The notes beneath the pieces were generated by a model, which saw only the letters and a program-made list of their open reading frames with translations, was not told the origin of the DNA and did not search any database. The position numbers and the translations under genes are program-made. Below, piece by piece: positions 32,205-46,562 of a stretch of 64,000 bases of DNA (within the stretch, counting starts at the first letter, position 1; the number at the start of each line of letters is the position of its first letter). Source of the DNA: Octopus vulgaris. Its lineage: Eukaryota. The stretch is taken from contig OX597816.1 of NCBI GenBank assembly GCA_951406725.2, positions 88,536,001-88,600,000 of the forward strand, read 5' to 3'.

Positions 32205-32415
32205 CCTTTGCATCCGACCTTATCCAGTCCATATATTGTTCCTGTTTTATGTTCAAACCGGCTAGATCTGACCTCTCACACCTACCCTACAATGTTTATC
32301 TAAATGTAAACAATCACATGATGGAAATATTGAAGTTACAAGGCAATGCATATTTAATTCAAATCGATATGAATAAATAAACATCACATGTGACAGAGTA
32401 GCCTGAAAACTAACC
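32205..32415. repeat. Dispersed repeat (MITE-like); second partial copy at about 33800-33895
   Basis: ttatgttc..accggc.agatc.g.cctctcacacctaccctacaatgtt.atcta.atgtaaacaatcac occurs twice. Confidence 0.7.
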
Positions 32416-34049
32416 GGATAAATTATATACTACGTGTGTTATAATGACCAAGTCACACAATGGTGAAGTTACAATTTTCTTATTTGTTCCTGTGTATGTA
32501 GTGTGTAGGAACACCTCTTTCCGAGGCTGGCGTTGTAATCGTTTTGTTGATATGCATCAGTGTTTAAAGACATATTGATGAGTTTCGAGCTTACTTTGGT
32601 ACAACCAGTGCCGAATGCAGTTTCAGCTGATCAGTTATTTATAGTATATTTCGTTGAATAGTTTGTTCTTGTTGTTATATCATTGTTGAAGATGTGTAAC
32701 CTGGTGACGAGTTGAAGGTAAACACTGCTTCAATTTACTTCCAAGATATCTGAAATCAGTTTTGTATGAAAGCAAGGTCCACTTATTCTTGCCCTATACT
32801 ACTACTTCTAATACAACGACGTCGACGACGACGACCACCACCACCACTAGCACCACCAGAATATTAATTCTACTTGTAACAAATGTATAAATTATGATAA
32901 ATAAACAGACAAAAATCTGAATTGGTATGGGATGGTAAACAAATTACCTCCTTCCGTCTTCCACGCTGGACTAATTTGAAACTGGTTACAACATATCTCA
33001 CAGTAATCTGAGTCCAACTTCCAATAACCAGGAGGTAAAGTGAAGTGAAGTCAATTTAAAATCTCTACACTTAGTTATTTTTGATATAACAATACTATGC
33101 GATATAAATAGTTAAACAGAACAATGAGACTCAACGCACGGATACATTTTCCCCAGTGGTACATGTAGAGAATAATACAGCGCATTCCTAGATTAAGCTA
33201 TGAATTGTATTGAATGCAGTGTGACCTTTTGGACATTATGTCTCTGTATGTGCCCACATTTTAACGCTCACCTTAGCAGGTGTAAGAAACGCGTATTCAT
33301 ATTATTTATGGGGCCAGCGATGTAATGAAGCTATTGATATTGTAACTCTGCGCTTGCTCGGTTTTGTTGATAAGAGTGATTTTCATACTATTGACGTTGT
33401 AGACTTTAAATATGATTTTGTGTCTGGCTTGTAAATTTGACTTTAGTTTGCAAACACTTTTATTGATTATAAGGTCTTTTCGAATGTATGAAAGACAATG
33501 AAGTCAGTCATTATCAACGATGTACTCGAACATCTTGAATACTCCCTTACTCTCAACAATCACAGGTCTGCTCTCCATACAACCAGAACCTCCGGGAGTC
33601 AATTCACCTCACCGACCAACAAATTATCGAATTAAAGGATTTCGGTGAAAAGAATGTTGTCGTCTGAGACAATGGCAAAGCTTTTCATAGATTATAATAT
33701 GAGAATATGCTAGTGCAACTTCAACTATGAGCTTCATCTACCTCTTACATTCTGCATAGAGAACTTATTTGATGGTACCTAAATTCCGGTTTGCCAGTGA
33801 TTTTATGTTCTAACCGGCCAGATCCGGCCTCTCACACCTACCCTACAATGTTAATCTACATGTAAACAATCACGTGATAGAAATATTGAAGATTTCGCTG
33901 TTGTTCCCTACTTTCTTTACTCAACACACCAAACGCCTACTTGTTCGCACGTTAAACAGAACCTACTTTTACACAGATTATACAACCCCATATTCTTTTT
34001 TAATCTTATCTACATTCGCATCATCCACAACCACTCTAGTCACTACATG

Positions 34050-34103
34050 CTAAGCCTTCACAGAACGTAGACATTTTGATGTCTACGTTCTGTGAAGGCT
34101 TAG
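34050..34103. repeat. Perfect 25 bp inverted repeat with a 4 nt loop
   Basis: ctaagccttcacagaacgtagacat-tttg-atgtctacgttctgtgaaggcttag. Confidence 0.97.
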
Positions 34104-34104
34104 T

Positions 34105-34760
34105 CTCCTCTAGCGAGGCTTTGTCAATTTATTCCCTTTCAAATGGATGAAGAAGAAACAACTTTAATCAAGAAACATCATCACTATATACATTCCATAA
34201 AATCACCTGTACGATGCAAGTAGCACTCTCTCTGTCAATGTATATGTTTGGTATTGTTATCACTGATACTTTGTCTTGGCGAATGCATAGTTTGGAGTGA
34301 TCCCACAAACTAGCATTTTTTTAGGATGTCAAAGTAAATATTTCATCCTTCAACAGATACTGACACACTAGAAAGAGCATTATATCTGCATGTAGGACGA
34401 AGCTGATGCTCCATACACAAACATCCAAGATTACATTGAGGAAGAGGTCCCTTTGCTGTTTAGTGCAAAAGTAATAACAATCACACTCTCATTCTAAGCC
34501 ACAGGCAGTCTATCTCTCTCTTTTCTATTACATTTGCAATGGGTTCTGTTACTAGAAGCTGGTTGGTCCTATGTCCCACTCACCCATTCTTCTTAAATCC
34601 CCCATGTTATGTCCAACTATCCAGTCCCCAAAATAATCACAATTCCCAAAGCATCACTCACAGAATGTCAGCTGTCTGGAATCTCCTGTCTGCGCATATT
34701 TTTCCGTTAGAGTGTCAACTTGCAACGGTTAAAGCTGATTAATGTCGGCATTAGTCTCAT
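34105..34760 (+). mobile_element. Decayed CR1/L2-like LINE 3' fragment
   Basis: Translates in pieces as SLSLFYYICNGFC and HRMSAVWNLLSAHIFPLECQLATVK, resembling the SLFYRY...RT..LWN.LP..FP C-terminus of APE-type LINE ORF2. Confidence 0.55.
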
Positions 34761-35741
34761 CAGTCTGCGAACATAATGGGTACTGTTCCTGACTTTAGAG
34801 TCAGTAATAAAAGAAAATACGTCCTTCGTTAGAATAGACGGTAAAATACTTTGTTCAGTAATATTTGGACGTGACATTGAACATAGTTAAACGACTGCAT
34901 ATAATCTATATCGATAGCGTGTTCTCAGGTTTTGATGAGATAAAATAATGTTGGAAACGTACTTTTTTTCTTATTGCTGATAATACTGGCGCTGGTGCTG
35001 CTGCTGCTGCTGTTGTTGTTACTGTTTCCACAGACTCCGTTCATACTTAGTTGTAACCATTATCCACTAATCTTCCTGTATCATTATTGTTATTTTCAAC
35101 AATCATCGAATAAATATATCGATTATCCATTGAAGACATTTCTATCACGAATAGGATTAATAAAAGCAAAGGCGTCACAACATTTCATTTCTTTAGTAAT
35201 AGTCACATAAAGATTCATGTTATTTTTGTTTAATGTTACAAGTTCTAGCTGGCTTAGTGAATAATCTTGTTCTTACAGGTTACATATCAACTGATATTTT
35301 TGAATTACATTATGAGATATATTAACTATATAAAAAAAAATGTGAAGCATATAGAAATTAGGACGACATTCTCTATATTCAGTCTCGTTAAGAATACAAT
35401 AAATTTTCAAAATGTATATTTTTTTGTCTGTCTGGATAAACAGCCATCATTTATTTCCACATCGCTAGTACTGCATAATGGCTACAGTCAAGGCACTTAA
35501 ATCTCGCAAGCTAAGTTCAACAAGTTGCTAACGTACCTTCAGCTTTGGAGACTTATCAGTTGTATAAACTGATCATGGAACGTGATGCTACATCTTTCTA
35601 ATACTCAGGAACGATGTGGCAATTGCAGCCATTATCGATAAGATTTGAATATTTTGTTGTAAATTCAATCAGCTACCTATCATCATGACTAACATAAGAT
35701 AGCCGTGTGTGTTTAAGCTCTCTCTCCCTCTCACAGACACA

Positions 35742-35791
<50 letters not shown>

Positions 35792-36084
35792 CTTGTATGA
35801 TATAGTGTTTATATGTATGTATGTATGTATTTCAGTGTCTGCTCACATGCATACAGACGTTGAAAATGTACCAGTCCAACACGGTGCCTTAGCGAAAATG
35901 CAATAATGACTGACTGCACAATTTTTATTTTTATTCGTTGCATTCGGAGAGTTATATGGCTTGTGTGAACACTTTCTAATGATTTTATTCTCTTTAAATT
36001 TGGTTAGAGCAGATGTTGCGTCAAGTGCTGACTGGCGTGCACACCTAGGTTTTCTAATTCCCTATTTCTTTCTCTCTCTCTGTA

Positions 36085-36150
<66 letters not shown>

Positions 36151-36160
36151 TATATATATC

Positions 36161-36216
<56 letters not shown>

Positions 36217-36412
36217 GCCAACCTTACCGGGAAAAATTAGATTTAGGATTAAATCCAATTTTATAGTATAAATATATTATATTATATTATACTAAATTAG
36301 AGATAAAACCACTATTAGGCAAATCAAATGGTGAAAAACATAAGCCAATACCTAAAATTAATTAAAAAATATAAAAGTTAAAAATTAAAGAATTATTTAA
36401 ACTTATAAATGT

Positions 36413-36479
<67 letters not shown>

Positions 36480-36603
36480 TTTTATATTTATATATTATTT
36501 TATTTATTAATTTATTTATTTACTTATTTATTTATAAAAAAAATTTTTTTTTTAATATATAAATATCAAAATATTAAAAGTTTAATAAAAGATAAAGAGT
36601 AAA

Positions 36604-36698
36604 ACACTACGATCGTTTCATGGCTGTACCAAATCGAATAACAATAATTTAAATTCAATTAATAATTCGAGTTATGGTTACAGTCAATCTTCAGGTTA
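36604..36698 (-). ncRNA. Minimal hammerhead motif (left arm of element 4)
   Basis: Plus strand tac gatc gtttc (36608-36619) ... tcttcag (36688-36694). Confidence 0.72.
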
Positions 36699-38252
36699 AT
36701 TGAAATATTTTTAAAATAATCACAAATATTTAAGCAATATTTTAAAGACATAAATAATATAATAATTTTACTTATAATAAACTCTACTAGCAAACTAGAA
36801 ACTTAAAACTTAACAATTATGATTATATCAAAATCGATTATAATGTTAAATATTAATTTTAATTTTTTTAAGGTAAGAAACCCACCAATAATTTAATACC
36901 GGTAATAGTCTATATCTAATTACATAAATATTTTTTTTTAAATGACTATTATATATAAATTATCAATGAAAATATATAAATGCATATTAATATTATAATT
37001 AAGATCTAAAATAATCTCTATAAATAAATATATATGCACATATAATAAAGACCTAATAAATTAATTTTTCATATTTAAAGATGAAATAGCTAATTTCAAA
37101 AATACAACAAACAAACTTAAACGAACTTTCGGAAATACTTATAGAAATAATCAATTCGTAGTTATATAGTATCGAATAAATACTATAAATACTATAAATA
37201 TATTTATCAATGGGAATAAAACTAGCAAATATCAACTTAAAAAGACAATAACTAAGTTATGCTATTAAGTTAGACATGGCCTGGACCAATCTTTGGTCGA
37301 AACATATCTAAGTTTATCTAATTTTAATTATAAGAAATTTAAAACTACAATTAATACTATTAATACCTGTATATACATAAACCTAACTTCAGACAACTCG
37401 TATACTTGCTATCAAACAACATATCTATCGCTAAGTAATATCTAACGAATAAACTTAAATTTAATATCTAATAATTATATAGAAAATTACGATAATTAGA
37501 TCATTACATAAACAACGATATTTACATAAGAAAAATATTATTACACCAAAGACTTATAAAATATTAAAATTTACAATTTAAAGATCTTAAATATAAATAA
37601 ACACTTATCTTAGCGAGGTTTTGTAATGAACTAAAATTTTGAATCGGAAAACGTCTTTACAGCGTTTATAAGAATACTCGTGGAATTACGTTATTAGCAA
37701 AAAAAGAATAAATTGTTGAAGAATTCATTAAGCCTGGGGAACAAATACGCTTTATCAATGAAGATTGTGAATGGGAACAGTAATGGTTTATCAATAAGTG
37801 TAAATAGAATGAAGTCACAAATAAAGAATAAAATCACTCTATACCATAAGATTTATTAATAAAATAACTATGATAAATAATACTTAATACAGAATAAATT
37901 AAATAATTTAAATGATTAAAAACCACTAATTATTAAATATACTCTAAAAATCTTATATGATTGATAATTATATAAAACATTTTTTTATAGTAACCCCTCA
38001 ACGTACTATAAAGTCTTTCCCAATGCTAAAATTAGATATAGACTATTACCGATATTAGATTATTGGTGGGTTTCTTACCTTAAAAAATTAAAATTAATAT
38101 TTAACATTATAATCGATTTTGATATAATCATAATTGTTAAGTTTTAAGTTTCTACTTTCATAGTAGAGTTTATTATGAGTAAAATTATTATATTATTTAT
38201 ATCTTTAAAATATTGCTTAAATATTTGTGATTATTTAAAAAATATTTCAATT

Positions 38253-38345
38253 AACCTGAAGATTGACTGTAACCATAACTCGACTTATTAATTGAATTTA
38301 AATTATTGTTATTCGAATTGGTACAGCCATGAAACGATCGTAGTG
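38253..38345 (+). ncRNA. Minimal hammerhead motif (right arm of element 4)
   Basis: CTGAAGA 38256-38262; imperfect extended stem II ttgactgtaacc/ggtacagccat; GAAAC 38331-38335; loop GATC; GTA 38340-38342; stem I only about 2 bp. Confidence 0.72.
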
Positions 38346-38469
38346 TTTTACTCTTTATCTTTTATTAAACTTTTAATATTTTGATATTTATATAAAAAAA
38401 ATTAAAATATAAAAAATTAGTAAATATATAAATTAATAAATAAAATAATGTATAAATATAAAAATATAA

Positions 38470-38534
<65 letters not shown>

Positions 38535-38683
38535 AAATTTATAAGTTTAAATTATTTAAATCATTTTTTAATTTTTAACTTTTATATTTTTAAATTAATT
38601 TTAGGCATTGGCTTGTTTTTCATTGTTTGATTTGCCTAATAGTGGTTTTATCTCTAATTTAATATAATATAATATATATATAT

Positions 38684-38847
38684 AGGCGCAGGAGTGGCTG
38701 TGTGGTAAGTAGTTTGTTTACCAACCACATGGTTCCGAGTTCAATCCCACTGCATGGCATCTTGGGCAACTGTCTTCTACTATAGCCTTGGGCCGAGCAA
38801 AGCCTTGTGAGTTGATTTGGTAGACGGAAACAGAAAGAAGCCTGCTG

Positions 38848-38880
<33 letters not shown>

Positions 38881-38995
38881 ATGTTTGTGTGTCTGTGTTT
38901 GTTCCCCTAGCATTGCTTGACAACCGATGCTCGTGTGTTTACGTCGTCGTTACTTAGCGATTCGGTAAAAGAGAGCGATAGAATAAGTACTGGTC
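38684..38995 (+). mobile_element. SINE family A, 3'-truncated
   Basis: aggcgcaggagtggctgtgtggtaagtag...ggttccgagttcaatccc...gatagaataagtact. Confidence 0.92.
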
Positions 38996-39279
38996 TTTCA
39001 TATATTTTGCTCTATAAACTAATTGTTCCCTACAACAAATGTGAAGAATGTCTATACTCCGCTTCAAGCTTTAATAGTGGTAACACTTAGAATATAGCTG
39101 TATGGATACATTTGGAGGCAGAATGAAATATAGATGACGATGAACCAATAGAGAGTACATAGACATCACACAACAAGATATGCATGTTGCAGAAACATAT
39201 ATCGGGCAGAGATTTAAGAGAGTATACTGTATAAACGACTGTAATGAATCGCCTTATGTATGAGTATATATATATATGT

Positions 39280-39318
<39 letters not shown>

Positions 39319-39334
39319 TGAGTGTGTGTGTGTG

Positions 39335-39579
39335 TGCGTTGCTCAGTGGTTAGGGTGTCAGCATCATGAACGTAAGATTGTGTGTTCCATTCCTGGGCCG
39401 GATGACGCGATGAGTTTTTGAGCAAAACACTTCATTTCACGTTGCTCCAGTCCACTTAGTTGGCAAATATGAGTAACGCTGCGATGGACCGGCGTCCCGT
39501 CCAGCTGGGGAGCACACCGTTGAAACCGAGAAACTGGGCCCATGAGCTTGGCTAGGCTTTAAAAGGGCGCATTTATGTT

Positions 39580-39580
<1 letters not shown>
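39335..39580 (+). mobile_element. tRNA-derived SINE, family B (single head)
   Basis: gcgttgctcagtggttagggtgt...ttgagcaaaacacttcatttcacgttgctccagtccac; homologous to 18160-18590. Confidence 0.88.
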
Positions 39581-39651
<71 letters not shown>

Positions 39652-40010
39652 GGCGATGCATCAGCTTGGCCGCATCTCTGAGCTGAAACTACAGAAAAGA
39701 TTATATATATATAATTCCTTCTGGAAAATACCCTGAGATGTATAATATATTTGTTTTAATCTTTTCTGCCCATTTTTTCAAAGAGCTTGTTAAACATCTT
39801 TATATTCTCAACATAATGTTGTACTTTTTTATGTCCTTAACATGTCCCTGTTACCAAAGACTGTATATATATATGTAATGTAGCAATTTGCAACAACCAA
39901 TAATTAACGCAACCAAACTTCCACATGTTACTTTTGACAATCTTTTTCCAAAGAGTGAAACCGGTAAAGTAAATAAACATCTTTTAAATTGCATTTTCAA
40001 ACCTTCTTTC

Positions 40011-40061
<51 letters not shown>

Positions 40062-40854
40062 CATACATTTGCCTCATGTCTATGACTATGACTTTCAGGT
40101 GATTTATAACCCGGCGCTGTGTGTCATATCCTCTGCATCAATCGTAGCCTAACGCTGAACAAGCAGGGCAATTAAATTGTGTGTATGTTCGATAACGTTT
40201 GCAACACTCACGCTGCTTCTAATTCATATTAGAATTTATTCCTACGTAACCATCGGTGGTCTTTACACCAATTTATATATAATCGTGGACAGTCTCTTCA
40301 ATTTATCCCCGCTTCGGTTGAAGTACGTGATGTTGATAAGCCACAAAAATGGTGTAAAACATCGATGACCATCGCTCCTGGATAGGGCTTGGTTAGTTGT
40401 CTTGCCTGTCTCCTGGCACTTTCAGAGAGTATTCTCCTCCATGTTAAATCGCAGCCAGCCGGCAAACAAGCAATGCAAATATATTGTGTATATGTGTTAT
40501 ATATGCACTATATATGCCTTATGTATATATAGAGTGCATGGGCATGGGATTGATATGAGTAACTATCTACTGTTTCAGGTAAAAATTGTCGATAACTTGG
40601 CCATCTGCAGGCAATGAGTGGTTGAATTCTGACGTCATGGGAACAAAGGACCAGTAAAATATGGTGATCTTGTTACGAAAATTTTTTTTCAGCCTTTGTA
40701 GAACACTGAACTCAAATATAGTCATCCCATAATTCGCAAAGGCTCAGCGGGGCTACAGTAAAAGAACTGCATCAATAAGATGCATGAGCTAATGGGAGTG
40801 ACTGAAAGAGACCCACGACTCAACTCACTGCAGGGAAAACTGGAGAGATATGCA

Positions 40855-40911
<57 letters not shown>

Positions 40912-40989
40912 ATAGCTATTGGAGATATATATATATATATATATATATATGTAAAAGATAACAAAGTGCTCGTACGCCGCTATATATAT

Positions 40990-41300
40990 ATTAACGGAAA
41001 AGGAAATCGAAACGAAGGCAGAAAGTGTACCTCAGGTCATCTTGATTATTTGATTGGAGAAAGGTGAATCAAAAAATGAAGAAGTAGAAGTAATCAATAT
41101 CTTACAGCTGTTTCTGTTTAGGCAAGAAAGATCCAGACCGAGAGTTCACAGTATATAACACAATAGTCGATAGAATAATAAAGATAGGAGAGTAAAGTTC
41201 ACAAATCATCTGGTTCCAGAGGGTATGGAGCTTAGTCCGTATTTCCGTGAAGGTATATCCCCTTAAGTATAATGCCAAGGAAATCCAGGTAGTATTTTGA
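40990..41300 (-). mobile_element. Solo pseudo-LTR-like repeat with a partial hammerhead
   Basis: Minus strand GAAAC AGCT GTA at 41114-41103. Terminal motif aacgg..acgaaggcag is shared with 44905-45117. Abuts (TA)n. Confidence 0.5.
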
Positions 41301-41936
41301 ATGTTGCATTCATATTGAAGGAATAGATCAATTGGTTAGCTTGTGAGAAATATGGTCCGTGTAGGTTTATAGCGTGAGGAAAACTCACATCATGATAGAC
41401 AGATAGATCAGACAGAAAGGGTTGGGCTGTGAGTGAGTGAACAGTAGAGAGAAAAGGAAAGAAGAAAGAATGAGAGCGAGATTAAAATAATAATAGAGAT
41501 AACAATAACAGGTAAGAAGCTGGTATTACACTTCGTTAGGGTATGTTCGGGATAAGAGATCAGGAATTAAGGTTTTAGTAAAGTGGAGGAGGAAGACGTT
41601 TATGACTATCAAAGCGTAATTAAACAGATAAAGGAATTCTAGACTCAGTGTCATTATAAAGAATATTTAACTTCAGCTCAGTCGGTAAAGAACGCTAAAA
41701 TACTAGAAATAGATGTCTAATAGATGTCTAAAAATATATATTCAAAATTAAAAGTTAAAATGTAGCAATTAAAATCATTATTGCAGCTAGAGAACATTTA
41801 ACATTCAACTTGAAAGAACTCAAAATACTACTTGTCTAAGAATCGAAATCATGATCTCACGATCATGATTGTAACACTCCTCACTACTAAGCCACATGCC
41901 TTTACGCACATACACATATAAAGTATTCATACAAAT

Positions 41937-42020
<84 letters not shown>

Positions 42021-42034
42021 ATACACATACATAC

Positions 42035-42170
42035 CAAATCTATCTACCAAATCCACTCAGAAGGTTCTGGTCGGCTAGATGCTATAGTAGAAGACACTAG
42101 CCAAAGGTGCCATGCAGTAGGACTGAACCCGGCACCATGTGCTTGGAAAGCTTCTTACCACAAACATACG
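42035..42170 (-). mobile_element. SINE family A, 5' half, decayed
   Basis: tctaccaaatccactca...gctatagtagaagacact...gactgaacccgg. Confidence 0.85.
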
Positions 42171-42174
42171 TGTG

Positions 42175-42219
<45 letters not shown>

Positions 42220-42954
42220 AATCCAAACGGGAAACAAAAAAACAACAACAAGGGAACAATTACAGTATTATTATTAATAGGCGCTCAGGAAATGGAAGCA
42301 GATATATATATATATATATATATATATTCATACATATATGTATGTGTGTATATATATATACATTCAGTAATTGTGCACGTTAGTAAATCTTTTTATCTGT
42401 AACTGAGCGTGTATCAAGTGAGCAAATGCATGTGTGTGTGGTGTGTGAGTGTGTGTTTGTGTGTGAGAAAGAGTATGTTTGTATGCATAAATGTTTTTTT
42501 ATACAAGTATACTTCTATATATTAATGCGATATGAGTCACGAATATTTTAACGTGAGTATTCACCATTAACCTCTATTTTGATATTGTTATTTCCCGTTA
42601 ATTTCCAGTCTGAATGTGCCGTTTCGCAGCAAACTAATTTGATTTTGTATGTCCATAATTTCAACAAAACCCAATTTTTAACCTACATTGTTCACCAAAA
42701 CAGAAATAAAAGAGAGAAACACTGCAGAATTCCAGAAGATACATCAAACATACACACTCACTTATCCCTAACACACTTTGTCTCAATCTATTTCTCTCTC
42801 TCTCACTCTCTCTCTCTCTCTCTCTCTCTCACTCACTCACTCGATCATGCTCACACACATACACATTTAAAGCAAATGTATGTTTCAGTCATACTGTGAC
42901 CTACAAATATTTTGAGGTGATTTTATGTATTTATATACATAAAATTTTATGTAT

Positions 42955-43178
<224 letters not shown>

Positions 43179-44044
43179 TAAATAGAGATAGTGAGAGAAA
43201 GTGAAAGAGAGAGGATATAAATATCATTGTATAGTTGTGTCTACGTTCTATGGAGTCTTTAAACATTGTTTTCTTTCTTTATATTAACACCATATTTTAT
43301 GAAATATCAAAATGTGTGCTGTTTAATTCACAATACAACTTCATTAGCGCCAGAAACGGAAAATCTTGTTCGGCACAGGTATGCATATAGACATAGACAT
43401 GTGCGTGTGAGCGTGTGTGCGTGTGTGTGTGTGTGTGTGTATGTATGTGCGTCTGTTTGTGTGTGTTTTGTGTCTGTAAACATATATACCCACGCACACA
43501 TATATACATATATAACGACATATTACAGTCATTGAAACGCGGTCACGCTAGGCAACCACCTTGATGAGTTTAACGGAACAAATCGAGCCCAATACTTGGT
43601 CCCTATTTCATCAGACATATTTGCCGAACTGGTAGATTACTGAGAGGAAAACAAGCCAATATCGGTTGTCAAACGTGTCTTATGTATCGTACGTATGTAT
43701 GCATGTATGCATTATGCATGTATGTATGTATGCATGTATGTATGTATATATATATATATATATATATTTACATATATGTGTGTGCATGTATATGTATACA
43801 GAGAGAGAGAGACAGAGAGAGAGAGAGAAATGCATTTATGTGGGGTTAAAATGTTACCTAGTGAGCAATGCTGTCGGGAATATAGCATCCCTCTTAGACC
43901 TAGACTTGGGTTTCACATCGAAAAAGGGACTTCTGTTTAAACACAAGCAGTACCCTTGAACATCACGACGGCGGAAAAGGCGGTGTATCTAACACATCTC
44001 TCTGTCTGCCTCTCTCTCTCTCTCTCCCTCTCTCTCTCTTCCTA

Positions 44045-44093
<49 letters not shown>

Positions 44094-44248
44094 GCCTTTT
44101 CCTGAATAAGCACTTACCTGCCAGAAAAAAACAAGCCCCGAACTCTCATCTAAGAGGTTGCAATTCGATATCATATTCGAGTCAGCTGCAGTTTTTTCAA
44201 GTTTTCCAGCCATTATCGCCCATCATGTATGTATGCATGTAATGTATG

Positions 44249-44327
<79 letters not shown>

Positions 44328-44379
44328 TTGTGTGTATGAATATATATACATATATATATATATATACATATATATATTA

Positions 44380-44904
<525 letters not shown>

Positions 44905-45117
44905 CGCCATGTTGATTCGTTAGTTATTGCACGCATTTTTTTTTCTCTCCTTCTTTCTGTGTTTTTTTCTCTCTGTGTATCTTTCTGTTGAAGAGCGTAG
45001 GCTCGAAACGTTAAAGACTTGTTTTATTTATATTTCCTGAGCGCCATACTAATACAATTGTTTGTTTGTTTTCCACCTGCCTTCGTCTTTTGTCTATTTT
45101 CATAAAGCTTCCCGTTA
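44905..45117 (+). mobile_element. Short (TA)n-embedded repeat with a variant minimal hammerhead (44980-45017); related fragment inverted at about 42215-42300
   Basis: tcttt CTGTTGAA gagc-gtag-gctc GAAAC GTT aaaga. The sequence tttcctgagcgcc is shared with the reverse complement at about 42280. Confidence 0.6.
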
Positions 45118-45508
45118 TATATATATATATATATATATACATACATTACATGCATAGATACATGATAGGCGATAATGGCTGGAAAGCTTGAAAGGGCTGC
45201 AGCTGATTCGAATATGATATCAAATTGCAACCTCTTAGATGAGAGTTCGGGGCTTGTTTTTCTGGCAGGTAAGTGGTTATTCATGGAAAGGTCATTCAGA
45301 GAGAATGAGAGTCAGACAGATAGACAGACAGACATACAGATTTGTTAGATACACCTCCTTTTCCGCCGTCGTGACGTTGAAGGGTACGGTGTGTGTTTAA
45401 ACAGAATTCCTTTTTTTCGACCACAAACCCAACACTAGGTCTAAGAGGGATGCTATTCTCCCGACAGCATTGCTCAGTAGGTAACTTTTAAACCCACATA
45501 AATGCATT

Positions 45509-45549
<41 letters not shown>

Positions 45550-46189
45550 ACATACACACACACACATATATATATATCTGTGTGTGTAAATATATATATA
45601 TATATACATACATGTATACATACATACATACATACATACATACATACATACATACATACATACATACATACATACATACATACATACATACATACATACA
45701 TACATACATACATACATACGTACATACGATATATAAGACACGTTTGACAACCGATATTGGTTTGTTTTCCTCTCAGTAATATGATAGAATAAGTACCAAA
45801 TATTGGGCTCAATTTGTTCCATTAAAGTCATCAAGGTTATTATTCAGGGGAGGGTTATTCACAGAGAGAGAGAGAGAGCGAAAGGCCTCTGTCCGACCTT
45901 TTTCTATGCTGCATGGATGTCTTCGTATGTGGTGTTTTCTGACATCCACCTAGTTCATATGTGTCCAGATTTTATACTGGTTAAAATGTATCCCTGCCCT
46001 GCAGCTTTATTTTAGGTTGTTGGCACTGTTAAAGTTAAAGCGAATCGGATGATAATTGTTTAAACCGTCTTATATTCTTGGTCGAGTACAATTAATACTG
46101 ACCTCAAAGACTAACAGAAGTAGTGAGAAACTTTTTACAGCCATAAGTGCTTAAACGGTACCTGTCTGGACATCTTATCCTTATCTATT

Positions 46190-46228
<39 letters not shown>

Positions 46229-46232
<4 letters not shown>

Positions 46233-46562
46233 ACTGTGGCGGTACAGGTGTCAATCCATTACGGTCGTTTCTATCAACTCCTCTAATTGATTAGTGACAA
46301 CATTATATCATTGTAAAGAAACCGTCGGATGAATTCATGAACTTCAAAGTAAGGAGCATTCAAAATAAAGGATTTTCAAAATGATTGGTCTGTAGATTTT
46401 AAACTACGTTGCATCATTTTGAATGTCCTTTATTTTGAAGTTCATAAATTCATCTAGCGAAAATCGTTTCTTTACAATTGTGTAATGTTTTCATTATTCA
46501 ATTAAAAGAGTCGTTAGAAACGGCCGTAATGGATTGATACCTGTACCTCTACTATTACTCAT
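46229..46562. mobile_element. Fold-back element 5: near spacer-less hairpin of about 330 bp carrying the 3' half of a hammerhead
   Basis: ggtacaggtgtcaatccattacggtcgtttcta vs tagaaacggccgtaatggattgatacctgtacc; GAAAC GGCC GTA at 46517-46528; follows (TA)n. Confidence 0.85.

Larger units (their letters stand above)
36215..38680. mobile_element. Fold-back element 4: about 650 bp inverted arms (36272-36921 / 38030-38680), roughly 1.1 kb AT-rich core, hammerhead in both arms
   Basis: aaattagagataaaaccactattaggcaaatcaaa vs tttgatttgcctaatagtggttttatctctaattt; aaggtaagaaacccaccaataa vs ttattggtgggtttcttacctt. Adjoins (TA)n and (TAA)n. Confidence 0.92.

Noticed and set aside
36920-38030. Possible mitochondrial insertion (very AT-rich)
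   Set aside because: No recognisable mitochondrial gene, rRNA or tRNA; it is enclosed by the fold-back arms.
39650-39712. gatgcatcagct...agctgaaactac after (TA)n, hammerhead-like
   Set aside because: No CUGANGA core or clear cleavage triplet; too degenerate to call.
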